Part shown: positions 1-40,341 of the stretch, one piece after another
How the letters are laid out: every line of letters starts with the position of its first letter
Position numbering within the stretch: position 1 is the stretch's first letter
Position numbers and translations under genes: made by a program
NCBI GenBank assembly: GCA_013265495.1
Contig: MU058233.1
Location: 533,038-597,037, forward strand
Direction of reading: 5' to 3'
Origin: Vicugna vicugna
Lineage: Eukaryota
Length of the DNA: 64,000 bases
Notes under the pieces: generated by a model
The model's database searches: none
Told to the model about the DNA's origin: nothing
What the model saw: only the letters and a program-made list of their open reading frames with translations

Positions 1-1988
1 GGTGTGGTGTGTGAGCAGAGCGCACGGAGCCAATGAAGCCGGAAGGGGAGAGGGTGTGGCGGGGCACCAGTGTAGGTTTGGAGGAGCAGCCTGGCCTCTT
101 GGGGTACCTGGGGGACAGGCTCTCCTCAGGGGACCAGCATGAACGGGCCCTGCCCGTTGTGTCAGTGAGTGTGTGCAGGCCGGCGTGCATGTGTGGCCGG
201 CAGGCGGGGGGGGGGGTGCCAGGTCAGCTGGTGGCCCTTGGGGCCTGTGGAGGTCTGGGGACATCACGTTTGCCCCAGGAGTGAGACGCTTTTGGCTGCT
301 GCTGTCACCAGGAGCTGCCAGCGGGGACAGATGAGGCACCGAGCGGGGGATGGGAGGTGGAGGGACAGATAGGTTCGGCCCATCTGGGGGCAGAGGATTT
401 GCTCACGGGACAGGCGGAGGCTTCCGGGGACTCAGGGAGGGCCCCCTGGAAGGACGGGGCTGCGCCAGCTGCAGCAGGAGATGGCAGCCTGGTGGAGGTG
501 CCCTCCGTGCCTGTGGTCACAGCATCCTGCATCACCCCTCAGGGTGGGGACCACATGGCCCCAGGACAGAACTAGAAAGCAGAGAGTGCGCCTCGATGAA
601 GCAGAGGGGAAGAGAGAAGTCATCTAGGGAAAATGAGTCCGTTCCGAATGGGAGCAGCGAGCCTGGGTCCGCCGGCCGCCGGGCGAGTCCCAGCGTGGCT
701 CCGCGAAGCCGGGGCCCCGGGGCCTCCCAGCGCACCCTCACCTGGAAAAGCACCCGCAGAGCGCTGCCCCAGTTGTTGATGGCCTTGGTAACCGGAGAAA
801 ATGAAAAGGCATTTTGTGTTTGTCATAGCTGTTAGGGTCAAGGCTCTGGAGATACCAGGCAGGTTTTCGTCTTCGTGAACTTCATCTCCCGGAACATTCC
901 AGAGTCGTGTGAGGTGCTGAGCAGTGCTGTGGGGACGGCCTGCAGCACAGGCAGTGCCCCGACTCTGCGCTCCAGAGCTCCTTGAGACCCCGGGTGGGGA
1001 GGAGGAGGGTGGGGCAGTTCACAGGTCAGTGGTCAGAGCTCGCGTCATTGTAAGTCCACTCGCTCATTCATTCATTCATTCGTGCATCCCTGCCCACGCC
1101 ATACTGCAGGAATGAGATCTTAGTTCTCAGGGAAACTGGGTTCAATGGAATGAGACTGATGATACACAAACTAGCAGCTAATTGAAGCCGGTTGTAGAGC
1201 AAGGGCAGGACTGAATCGGTGCTCTGTGGGGTGCTGCCTGACCAGAGCTCCGGGAAGAGCGAAGGGGCCAGATTGGCAGGGATGTGGGGGCTAGGCAGCA
1301 GGCAGGTCACACAGGCCAGGCATGGGAGGGACCAGAATTCTGTTCCAGGTCCTCTTGAGATTGGCAAGTTAGGAGGGTGGCTTTTTCTGGGCTGGCCTCC
1401 CTTCTGACCAGGCACGGACTCCACCCCAGACTCTCCCCACTGAGGACAGACCAGGCACTGACCCCTCATAAGCTGCGGTGTCCACAGCGACATCTCAGAC
1501 TTGAGGCCCAGGGTGGTGCCAGGCTGCCCTCAAGCCCTGCACCATGTTGCTTTGCGTTCCCCCAGAGTGCTCTCAGCCAAGTCTGAAAATGCAGGAGGAG
1601 GCCCGGAGGCACCCCCGGTCCCCCAGGGCCCTGCGAAATCCACCGCCCAGCCGCAGGACTGTTTCTTCTCAGCTGGGTGTGGTGGCCTCTGTGCCCTACC
1701 TCCCAGACCACTGCCTAGACCACAGGCCACCCTGAGCTCCCCACAGGGCCAAGGGTGGGAAGGGGCTGTGCGCTCTGGCCCTCCCGGCCAGGAGTGGCTG
1801 TGGGGTGTGCACACGAGTGGCGTGGGGGAAGCACCTGGCCAGGGCGGGTTCTGTCCCCACCTGTAACAGATGGCGGCCCTGCCTCCCACATGCACCTGAG
1901 TGGTCCCAGCTGCGCATCTCTGCTCAGTGGGTCTCACTCACCATCAGCTCCCAGAAGCAGTCTGCTCTCGGGCTATTAGGATGCAGTC

Positions 1989-2036
<48 letters not shown>

Positions 2037-4357
2037 GCCTAAACACTCATAAAAAGTGAATTAGCTGAGTAAACAAGAATGGAATTTTTCAGGATCCGCC
2101 CTCCGTTATCCTGCATAAGTAATCAGGCCTGACTGTGACTTCCTGGGCCGAGGTGGCCAAGGGTCCTTTGAGAGGCAGTGCTGAGAACTAGGTCCAGTCT
2201 CAGCCACCATGAGGGAGCCTCTGGCGTGGGGCCCTGACCAAATGGGCCAGGCTAAGACCATGGGCTCCCTGAGGCCCAGCCACTCAGCCTCAGCACCCAC
2301 CTCTGTGAGCAGGTGGGCCTGGGGGGAACGAGTGACATGTGTAGACTTGACCCCAGTGAACAAACACAGCGTCAGCCCCACGCCCTGTGGTTTTCTGGGC
2401 CTTTGCCACCAGCAGGATGTCAGGGAGACTCCCCTCCCCTCCCCTGCCCCCACTCCTGCCAGCCCCACGGTCCCAGGACTGCCGCCCAGCAGAGCCCAGA
2501 CCCCAGCACAGTTGACCAGGGCACAGGGCCCGCTGGGGTCTAGACCCAGCTCCCAGCCCCTGCTCACTGGCCACGTGGCCATGAGCAAGTCCCTTTACCC
2601 TTTGAGCCTCTGCTTTCTCCTCTGTGAAATGGGCTTTCGCACTGTGAGTGCTGGCGGCCGCAGGTCCCACCTGGAGCAGCGCCTGCCAGGTATATTGCCC
2701 AGCGCTTCAGACCCAGTCACCCGATGATCCCACGGCCTCCCCATTCCACAGTCGAGACAACTGGTGATCCCCAGGGGAGGGCCAGTGGCCTCCCTGCCCC
2801 CAGGTCTACCCCTGAGGGGGAGGGGAAGCCCAGCCAAAAGCTTTATTTACGTGATTGAGGTGAGGATACAAGGGTGAAAAATGGCCTTTACGCCTACTCC
2901 AGACAGTGAAGGAACAGCAGTGCCATCTCCCAGGCTGCTCCCGCCAGTTGGGGCTCGTAGCCTTGTTTGACTCCACATTTTAGCTGAAGCACTTAATTGG
3001 CATGTGTTCGACATCACAAAGGAGCGTTTGCAGCAGAAACGAAGGGGACACCTCAAGCCTTTCCTAGTGAAGGATGGATTTCTGCCCGGGTGGGGTCACT
3101 CTGCTCCCTCTGTGGAGCCGCCCCTCCCTTCCCCCAGTTCTTCCAGGGCGGCTCCGACACACAGAATGTTTAATAAGCCGGAGCTGGTGTGCGGGGCCAC
3201 GGGAGGGCGAGAGCCTGAGCACAGACACGGACTGACCGCATAATCGGTGCTCCTGGGCCACACGCATGGGGCCACGTGGCCCCGTGGCAGGAGGATGCCC
3301 GGTCTCGGCACATGTATGCGCACGGCACACGTGAGCCGTGAGCACATACCCAGCGAGCGCTGCCGCCCGCACCAAGGACTGATGCCAAGCAGTTCCCAGG
3401 TGTCCCAGGCACGCCTCTGGCCACGTGGGTGCAGCCCAGGATGGGGTTCTGCACCGACTGCCCAGCAGCTCAGACCTTCCTCACCCCGACGCCCAGGTGG
3501 GCTGAACAACGTCCTGTCACCTTCCGCTCACACCCAGGCCACAGATCCTGCCAACTTTTTTCAGTTTGTGCTGTTCTGGCCTTTGCAGGTGACAGTGCCC
3601 ACTGGGAGCGTGTCCCAGGCTGGGAAGGAGAGGCAGACCCTCCTTTGCCTCCAGCAGCTCTATAAGCAGCTCATGCACTACAGCTGGGGCAGGAACCCAG
3701 CCCGCCTCCTGAGCGCCAGGCCATGCGCCACCCCTCGGCCCTCTCTGACCCCTGGATCGAGGCAAGGCTGCCTGAGTGAGAAGCTGGAGGACAGAAGCAG
3801 GGCTGGGAGTGGCTTCATGCCTTCCCCCAGCCACCTTCCTCAAGGGCAGCCCTTCACCTCCGTCCATTGCACAGTGGAGGCTCCAAAGTGATCAGGAGGG
3901 TCCCACTCTGTCCCCACAGGTGTCTCAGGGCCAGGTCTGGATGCTGGAACATCTGATGGGAGCAGAGGCTCAGCAGCAGGTCTCCTTGCCGATGAATTTT
4001 TCATGCCTTTGTCTGAGAAATGGGAGATGGACAGCCTCTCCCAGCTCTGCTGTGACGTGGTCGTCAACGCTCACACCAAGAGAAGAAAAGGCCTGTTTCT
4101 ATTGCTGCTGAATAATCATGCTGACTTGTGTCCCCAGTCATGGAGGGTGATGAGCGACCTTCACCCCAAGCAAGCTGTTGCCCAGGTTTCTGGAAGAGAC
4201 TTAGTGATGGAGTCCAAGTTCTCCAGACCTGTGCAGGTGCCCCTAGGGGAGCAGGCACTGTCAGGAGAGGAGGTGTCTGTGCCCAGGCACCATGGAGGAC
4301 TCAGATGCCTCCAAGTGCTAGCCAGGCAGTATGAAGGAAGGGGCTGGGCCAGGTTGC

Positions 4358-4530
4358 AGTGATGATGATGAAGATGGCAGTGGTGATGATAGTGAAGATG
4401 GTGATGATGAAGGTGGTGGTGGTGATGATGGTGAAGATGGTGATGATGAAGGTGGTGGTGGTGGTGATGGTGAAGATGATGAAGGTGGTGGTGGTGATGA
4501 TGGTGAAGATGGTGATGATGACAGTGACAG
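4358..4530 (+). repeat. (GAT/GGT/GAA)n low-complexity trinucleotide array
   Basis: Direct reading of the sequence. Confidence 0.95.
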
Positions 4531-4760
4531 TGGCTCACATGCATGGAGCCCTGACTCCCAACCAGCTGCGGTTCTGAGCAGTCCACACATCCTGACTAGT
4601 TTTACTCCAAGCCCACGCCAGTGTGGAGGCATCATCCCTTCCCTGTGGATGAGGAAACTGAGGCTCAGACAGATGAAACGAGCTGCCAGTGTCACCCTGT
4701 GTGGAGGAAGCAGGAAGGAACCCTGTAACCAGGCTCCAGAGCCCACTGTGTGGCTGTGTT
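4530..4760 (-). mobile_element. MIR SINE
   Basis: MIR core GATGAGGAAACTGAGGCTCAGA plus flanking MIR-like sequence. Confidence 0.6.
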
Positions 4761-5695
4761 CCCAGCACTTGACAAAGACCAGCACTCGGGCCTGGACATC
4801 AGGAGAGGCAGGGATGGGCTGCAGCGGAGCCCACAGGGAGCGCTGCTCAGCAGTGGGCATCGTGGCTTCTCGTTCTCAGTAATCCACAGGGTTTCATGAG
4901 GAATCTCCAGATTTGTAAATGTTGGCAGATAACTTATTTTTTTCATTAGGCCAAGCTAAGTCCATCAGCAGCCCCATCCAGCTATGGCTTCTCAAGCCGT
5001 CTCAGGGCCTTGCCCACCCATGGGTGGGGGCGAGGACGGCCACCAACGGAGCCTGGGAGGTACCATGTGATCTGCAGTGGCCTGAGGCACGAAGCAGCTG
5101 AGCCTCAGGGCTTTGGGATGCGGAGCCCCAAGCTCACATCTGCCTCTGACCTAGCTGAGTTTAGGGCTCCCAGATGGGTTCCTCGCTCTAACCACCCCAA
5201 GCCACAGGCGTGCATGCCCAACACAGCCCCTGGGCAAGAGGGAAGAACTGAGCCCACTGGTGTAAGGCAGTGCCTCTCCCAGCCAATCATTCCAGTCACC
5301 TAGGCCCCAGGCAGTCAGGCAGGTGATTCTGAAGACTGCACTCAGGACTGTAACCCTCTGGGCTGACTGAAGGATGGGCAGAGGACAGCCCTGGGCGAGT
5401 GGGCCTACTGATACATTGTTTGCTGGCTAGGCCAGGCTGGGAGGAGCTTGTAGGCCAGGAGAGGGATGAGATTTGAACTTGGGGCAAGCAGGGAAGGAAA
5501 GAGTTGAAGTTGGGGTCTCATTAGGGCCAAGGAGGGCTCAGCTTTTGGGCATCAGCTATCAGGGTTTTGGACAAGAGCTGGCACTTCCAGGGCTGAGAGA
5601 TACTTCCCTAAAACTCTCAGGTTTGGGCATTCAACCATTCCAAAGGGGCACCCCTCATGCTTTGCCTTGTTGGAAAACAGTAATAATTATATTGA

Positions 5696-7960
5696 GTGGT
5701 GGTGATGATGGTAGTGATGATGATGGTGATGGTGGTGTTGATGGTGGTGATTGTGGTGATGATGGTGGTGATGGTGATGATGATGGTGGTGATGATGGTG
5801 GTGATGGTGGTGATTGAGGTGGTGATGGTGATGATGGTGGTGATGATGATGGTGGTGGTGGTGGTGATGGTGATGATGGTGGTGATGATGGTGGTGATGA
5901 TGATGGTGGTGATGATGGTGATGATGATGGTGATGATGGTGGTGATTGTGGTGATAATGGTGGTGATGGTGATGATGATGGTGGTGATGGTGATTGATGG
6001 TGATGGTGATGATGGTGGTGATGATGGTGGTAACAGTGGTGATGATGGTGGTGGTGATGATGGTGGTGATTGTGATTGATAGTGATGATGGTGGTGATGG
6101 TGATGATGGTGGTGGTGATGATGGTGGTAACAGTGGTGATGATGATGATGGTGGTGATGATGGTGGTGATTGTGATTGATAGTGATGATGGTGGTGATGG
6201 TGATGATGATGATGATGGTGATGGTGCTGGTGATGATGACAGTATTGATGATGGTTATGGTGGTAATGGTGATGGTGGTGATGTTGGTAATGGTGGTGAT
6301 GATGATGATGGTGGTGATGATGCTGATGGGGGGGGTGGGGATGATGGTAGTGGTGGTGGTGATGATGCTGATGGGGGGGGTGGGGATGATGGTAGTGGTG
6401 GTGGTGATGATGCTGATGGGGGGGGTGGGGATGATGGTAGTGGTGGTGGTGATGATGCTGATGGGGGGGGTGGGGATGATGGTAGTGGTGGTGGTGATGA
6501 TGCTGATGGGGGGGGTGGGGATGATGGTAGTGGTGGTGGTGATGATGCTGATGGGGGGGGTGGGGATGATGGTAGTGGTGGTGGTGATGATGACAGTATT
6601 GATGATGGTTATGGTGGTGATGGTGATGGTGGTGATGGTGATGATGTTGGTAATGGTGGTGATGGTGATGTTGTTGGTAATGGTGGTAATGATGATGGTG
6701 GTGATGGTGGTGGTGATGGTGGTGGTGATGATGGTAGTGGTGGTGGTGATGATGGTGATGGTGATGTTGTTGGTAATGGTGGTGGTGATGGTGGTGGTGA
6801 TGGTGGTGGTGATGATGATGGTGGTGATGGTGGTGATGATGTTGATGGTGGTGATGATGATGTTGGTAATGGTGGTGATGATGATGATGGTGGTGATGAT
6901 GATGTTGGTAATGGTGGTGATGATGATGATGGTGGTGATGATGATGTTGGTAATGGTGGTGATGATGATGATGGTGGTGATGATGATGTTGGTGATGATG
7001 GTGATTGTGTTGATTGATGGTGGTGATGATGGTGGTGATGATGCTGATGGTGGTGGTGGTGATGATGGTGGTAGTAATGGTGGTGATGATGGTGGTGATG
7101 ATGCTGCTGGTGGTGGTGATGATGGTGGTGATGATGATGGTGGTGATGATGATGTTGGTGATGATGGTGATTGTGTTGATTGATGGTGGTGATGATGGTG
7201 GTGATGATGCTGATAGTGGTGGTGATGATGGTGGTGATGATGATGGTGTTGATGATGATAGTGGTGATGATGCTGATGGTGGTGATGATGCTGATGGTGG
7301 TGATGATGCTGATGGTAGTGGTGATGATGATGGTGGTGATGATGGTGATGATGATGATGTTGGTGATGATGATGTTGGTGATGATGGTGATTGTGGTGAT
7401 TGATGGTGGTGATGATGGTGATGATGATGGTGGTGATGATGGTGGTGATGATGCTGATGGTGGTGGTGGTGATGATGGTGGTGGTGATGGTGGTGATGAT
7501 GGTGGTGATGATGCTGATGGTGGTGGTGGTGGTGATGGTGGTGGTAATGGTGGTGATGATGGTGGTGATGATGCTGATGGTGGTGGTGATGATGGTGGTG
7601 ATGATGCTGATGGTGGTGGTGGTGATGATGGTGGTGGTGGTGATGATGGTGGTGATGATGATGGTGATGATGGTGGTGGTGATGGTGATGATGATGGTGG
7701 TGATGATGATAATGTTAGTGATGATGATGTTGGTGATGATGGTGATTGTGGTGATTGATGGTGGTGATGATGATGGTGGTGATGATGGTGATGATAATGG
7801 TGGTGATGATGGTGGTGATGATGCTGATGGTGGTGGTGGTGATGATGGTGGTGGTGATGATGGTGGTGATGATGATGGTGATGATGGTGGTGATGATGAT
7901 GGTGGTGATGATGGTGGTGGTGATGATGGTGGTGATGATGATGGTGGCGGTGCTGGTGAT
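5696..7960 (+). repeat. ~2.3-kb (GAT/GGT)n array with embedded higher-order units (45 bp x6 at 6316-6585; 42 bp x3 at ~6848-6990)
   Basis: Direct reading. The 45-bp unit starts recur at 6316, 6361, 6406, 6451, 6496 and 6541. Confidence 0.95.
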
Positions 7961-7964
7961 GAAC

Positions 7965-8180
7965 ATAGCATCAGGGTGCATATCGTGATGACTATATACC
8001 CAGCACTGTGCTAGTGCTTTGCACGTATTCACTCATATAAGCTGCACAACAACCCAGCAGGCGGGCTGTTGGCTCTGTTTTACAGAAGCATACCTGAGGC
8101 ACAGAGAGATCATGAGACCTGCCCAAGGCTGCACAGTGCGTGGCAACCTAGCATCAGAGCAGGCATCTGCTCCAGAGCCA
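7965..8180 (-). mobile_element. MIR SINE
   Basis: CAGCACTGTGCTAGTGCTTT..CACAACAACCC..TTTTACAGA..CTGAGGCACAGAGAG..CTGCCCAAGG. Further short MIR cores lie at about 2560-2650, 10640-10710, 20990-21200, 27060-27170 and 43670-43770. Confidence 0.65.
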
Positions 8181-9927
8181 TGTCTTGGCCTCCCCACCAT
8201 ACCCAGCACATCCCTTGGGGCCTAGGGTCTGTCCCCTGCCCTGTGGGCTCCCTGCCTGGACTCCCACCCCTATCAGGGTGATGCTCTCCAGGGCTGCCCA
8301 GCCTGACCTCGTGAAGGTCGCCTCACTCAGGCAGCTCCTGCAAGACAGATGTGGCTCTTTTTCCCTCCTTCTCCTGATTAATTGCCTTATTCAATTCCGA
8401 CTCTATTGCAGTTAAACATTAATTCAGTAGGACTTAATAACATGAATTCATTTATGAAGCAGCCTGGGCTGAAACGGTGAGCTGTTTGGTTAATTATAGG
8501 CTCCGTGCGCTTGCTGGCAAGCACCCTCCCCTGTCCTCCACGTCGAATCACTCAGCTCTCACCCGTAGTACTGTCGGAGAACGCTGGAAGAGATGTGAAA
8601 CCCAGCCTGGGATGGAGGGGACCAGGCCTGGGGGTGTGCCCTGAGGGACGGGTGTGCCACACATGAGGCTGGACCCCCCTCCCCTGACAGTTTGATGGGA
8701 CTGCGCTCAGTGACTAACTGAGCATGAAGAGGCCCGATCGGGGGTCCCTAGTATCTCCTGGCCCCTCAGCTATGTTGGTATCAGCTGCAGGGTCAGAGGG
8801 GTTGCTTCCCCCAATAGCCCTCCTCCTCCAGGACCCCCTCCCCACAGGCCACAACCCCCTGGTTCCCACCCTCCTCTCCTGGCACAGAGACCGTCCTGAA
8901 GTGCCAGTCATGCGGCTCCAACAGCAAAGCTCAGTCCAGACTTGCTGTGCCATGAAGCTTTGTGTGTCCTGGCATGTTCTGGCCGCTCACCTTCCCAGCC
9001 TCATCTCCCGCTCTCCCCTTGTCGCCTTCCTGCTCTGCCTCCCGAGATTCAGCCACCCGGCTAGAGGCTGAGGGGCGGTCTGGCCTCTGACCTTGGTTAC
9101 AGGGCCAGGAGGCGGCCCACAGCCCCTTCTGCCATTTATAGAGGGACCCTCACCCCGGAGGCCTTGGGCCAGCCTTGCGGGCTGCAGTGCAAGGTTGGGG
9201 GGCGGAGGGTCCCTGGGGGTGCTGGAACAGGAAGGCTGTCGGCCTCAGGAAGACCCCCTCAAGTGCCCATCCCCGGCTGCAGTGAATGGCTGAGGAAACG
9301 CAAGGCAGGTCAGCAGTGAACCCGTCCCCGAAGCGCCACACCCCCACCCTCGGGCGGCAGGGTGTATGGGTGGGGGGGGGTCCCGTCGCCTGAGTGCGCC
9401 TGGTTGAGGACACCCCAGAAGCAGCCCGTGTCTGACTGGGGTCCACCCCCTCCTCTGCGTCCCGGGGAGGTTTATTCTCAGCAGTGTGATCCACTTGGCA
9501 CAAACGTGTCACCGTCGCAGTTGCTGGGAAGGGCTGCTTTCTCCTATATGTTCTTTTCAGGGGGAGATCGCCATGGTTTCTAGAGCAGTCTTTCTTTTTA
9601 AAGCTCTGCTTGCTGGAAATGGAAAACAAAGACTCGTTTGCACGAGCATCACCATCTTCCCTTAACCAGCTGCGCTCACACGTGGAGTGGTTTCTACTGG
9701 GGCGTCTACAGGGGCAGCGGGGTCAGGTGCAGGGTGGCCCCCACCCCAGAAGGCAGCACCTGGGGCGCAGGCCTGTCTTGACCACTTGTCTTCCCCAGGG
9801 TCCCAGCCCGCACTGCCCCTCGCCCTCCCCGCGTCCCCTTCCGTCTCCCACACTCCCGCCTTCTCACCCCTCAGCACCGGCCTGCGCTGACTCACCCCCT
9901 CTCTCTCTCTCCCCCTCCCCCCTGCAG

Positions 9928-38293
<28,366 letters not shown>

Positions 38294-38920
38294 TCGCCGC
38301 GCGGTCGCGCCCGCCCCGTGTACAGACGCCCCTTCGCCAACGCACTGCTGTCAACTTTTCTAAATGTACCTTTCTAGAACTAAAGCACAGTTCCATCGGT
38401 CCTGGGGCGACGCTCGCCTTTCCACTCGCAGCCTGTGGAGTCGGGGATTTCATACACAGCTTTTCTGGGGTGATCTTTTGTTTTTCGAGCTTGAGATTAG
38501 GCTACTGGAAAAAAAAATTAAAGTTTGTACCTTTTTTCCCAAGGGTGAGAAGCATTTTTAATAGATTTGTATTTTTTTCAATTTTGTGCTATTTAGACAT
38601 TGAAAAGAAACAAAACAGAATTTTGCTTTTTTTAGTTTGGATTTGCGATGCAATGGCCTCAGATCCCTCTCCAGAGCCCTAGGGGTTTTTTGTCTTATTT
38701 ATAGAGGAAAAAACGGTCATTTTGTCCAACGCACTGTGAGGACCCCACTCAGGCCCGGCCCTGGCCCTCCCTTGGTACTTGGAACCGAAGTTACAGATAT
38801 ATATTAAGAAAATTAATAATGTACAAAACTTTTTTTGCCTTATTATGCAGAAGTGTAAAAGGGTTTCTTTTTCAGTTTTTTTAAAGTGTAAATAGTCTGT
38901 TAATATAAATATATGACGTT

Positions 38921-38926
38921 ATTAAA
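38921..38926 (+). terminator. Candidate FBRSL1 polyadenylation signal ATTAAA in AU-rich 3'UTR (a more distal end near 39470-39500 is possible)
   Basis: ATTAAA in an AT-rich block about 630 nt after the stop codon. Confidence 0.45.
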
Positions 38927-40341
38927 TTCTTAATCTAGGTAGACTTTATAAAAACAGTTTCTAGAAACTACTCTGGTTATTTGCTCAACATGGTCACAAA
39001 AGCCGCCGGCTGTCAGTTGGAAATGCCCGCAGACGTGCACCTGCAACGTCCTTCAACTATGCAAGCGCTGGGCGGCGGGCACCTGCCCCTCGTGCTGACT
39101 GCGGCAACCCGGAACCTACACCAGATGGGTGGAACCCTGGAAGCAAAGAGGCCAAAACGGCTAATCACGAAAGGACACCTGTTCTCCACGGAGGCCAGCG
39201 GAAGACGTCTGTGTCACGTGCTCCCACCAGCCGGGGCCTCAGCACAATGTCCTTTTGGTTTCAGTTTTGCCCTCATCACTTGTGAATGTCACCGGGCCCC
39301 GTTGTCAGTGTCCCTCGTTTCCCGATGTCTACACCTGTGTCCTCGGCATCTGAGCCTCAGTTCAGCCAGCTGCACCTCTTTGCTTTGCTCGATTCTGTAT
39401 TTTCAACCCCTTTTCCACTGTCAACTCCAGTTACTTTAAGCATCCTGTTCACCCGTCAACCAATGAAGATAAATACAGCCTTGATTTTGGAGGAAAAGCT
39501 GGTTGAGTGTTTTGTGGGGCTTTGTGGCAGGTGGAGGTCAGGCACACACCCTTGGTTCCTTCCCTCATCCTTTGCTGGTGACCAGCGACTACCTCCCAGG
39601 GCTGCGTCCCCCAAAATTCGCGGGTAGCCGTGGGCAAATTGCTGTTTTCCTGCTGAAAAGGGAAATTTCAGGGTCTGTGGAGGAGGCCCCCGCCGCCCCA
39701 TCCCCGACAGGTCAGGGGAGCATTGGGAGACTCCCGCGGCCGTCACCGGCTGGCGGCCTGCAGTGCCACCTGGCGGCCACTGGGGGCGGTGCTGGGCGGA
39801 GCTGCACCTTCCTTTGTTGAGACTTTCCTCCCTCGCACCAGGTGCCAGGCGGTTTGGCGGCGCAGTGGGTGCATCAAAGAGAAAATCGGGGCAAGCGGCC
39901 CGCCCGGTGGGCCCGCCGTCCCATGGCCCTGGTGCATGAGGACAAGGAAGGGGTGGTACTGGGCACGGAATAATGTTGCCGCTGATCTGAAAGGGATGTT
40001 GTTTTATTGTGCGTTCTCCCTGGTTACTGGTGACGTGGAGAAAAGCCAGTGGTTCTCCTCGGCTGATGTTGTGTCTGGAAACCGCAACAGTTTTACCATT
40101 TGTTGATACTGGTTTTTCTGAGAAAATCATTTCATCATGATCAAATAACAGCCGTTTCATCTTTTTTACATTTATTTCCAATACATTACACCTCTTACGG
40201 AGTTGTTTTTTTTTTTAACAGCATCAGCCGAGACCACCACATGGATGGGACGCCAGTATTACGTATTTTTCACATACCGTGGTCTCTAAGTGCAGGCGTA
40301 GGGCTTCATCTGTGCTCGGTGAAAGATGTTTCAAATCTAGG

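Noticed and set aside
33..4100. Many overlapping 60-210 aa ORFs in the first kilobases, and likewise across 10-26 kb
   Set aside because: No recognisable domains, Pro/Gly/Arg/Ala-rich, and present in all frames, as expected in GC-rich intron DNA. The upstream FBRSL1 exons were sought and not found, so they lie outside the window.
4161..4882. Poly-His, poly-Ser/Pro and acidic Gly/Asp ORFs
   Set aside because: Same cause: the short triplet array.
6316..6585. Regularly spaced repeats resembling a CRISPR array
   Set aside because: The units are head-to-tail with no unique spacers, there are no cas genes, and the context is eukaryotic.
5617..8032. 784-aa minus-strand ORF and several Met/Val- or Gly/Asp-rich plus-strand ORFs
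   Set aside because: They are translations of the (GAT/GGT)n array, which lacks stops in some frames by composition. It is intronic and has no splice or start context.
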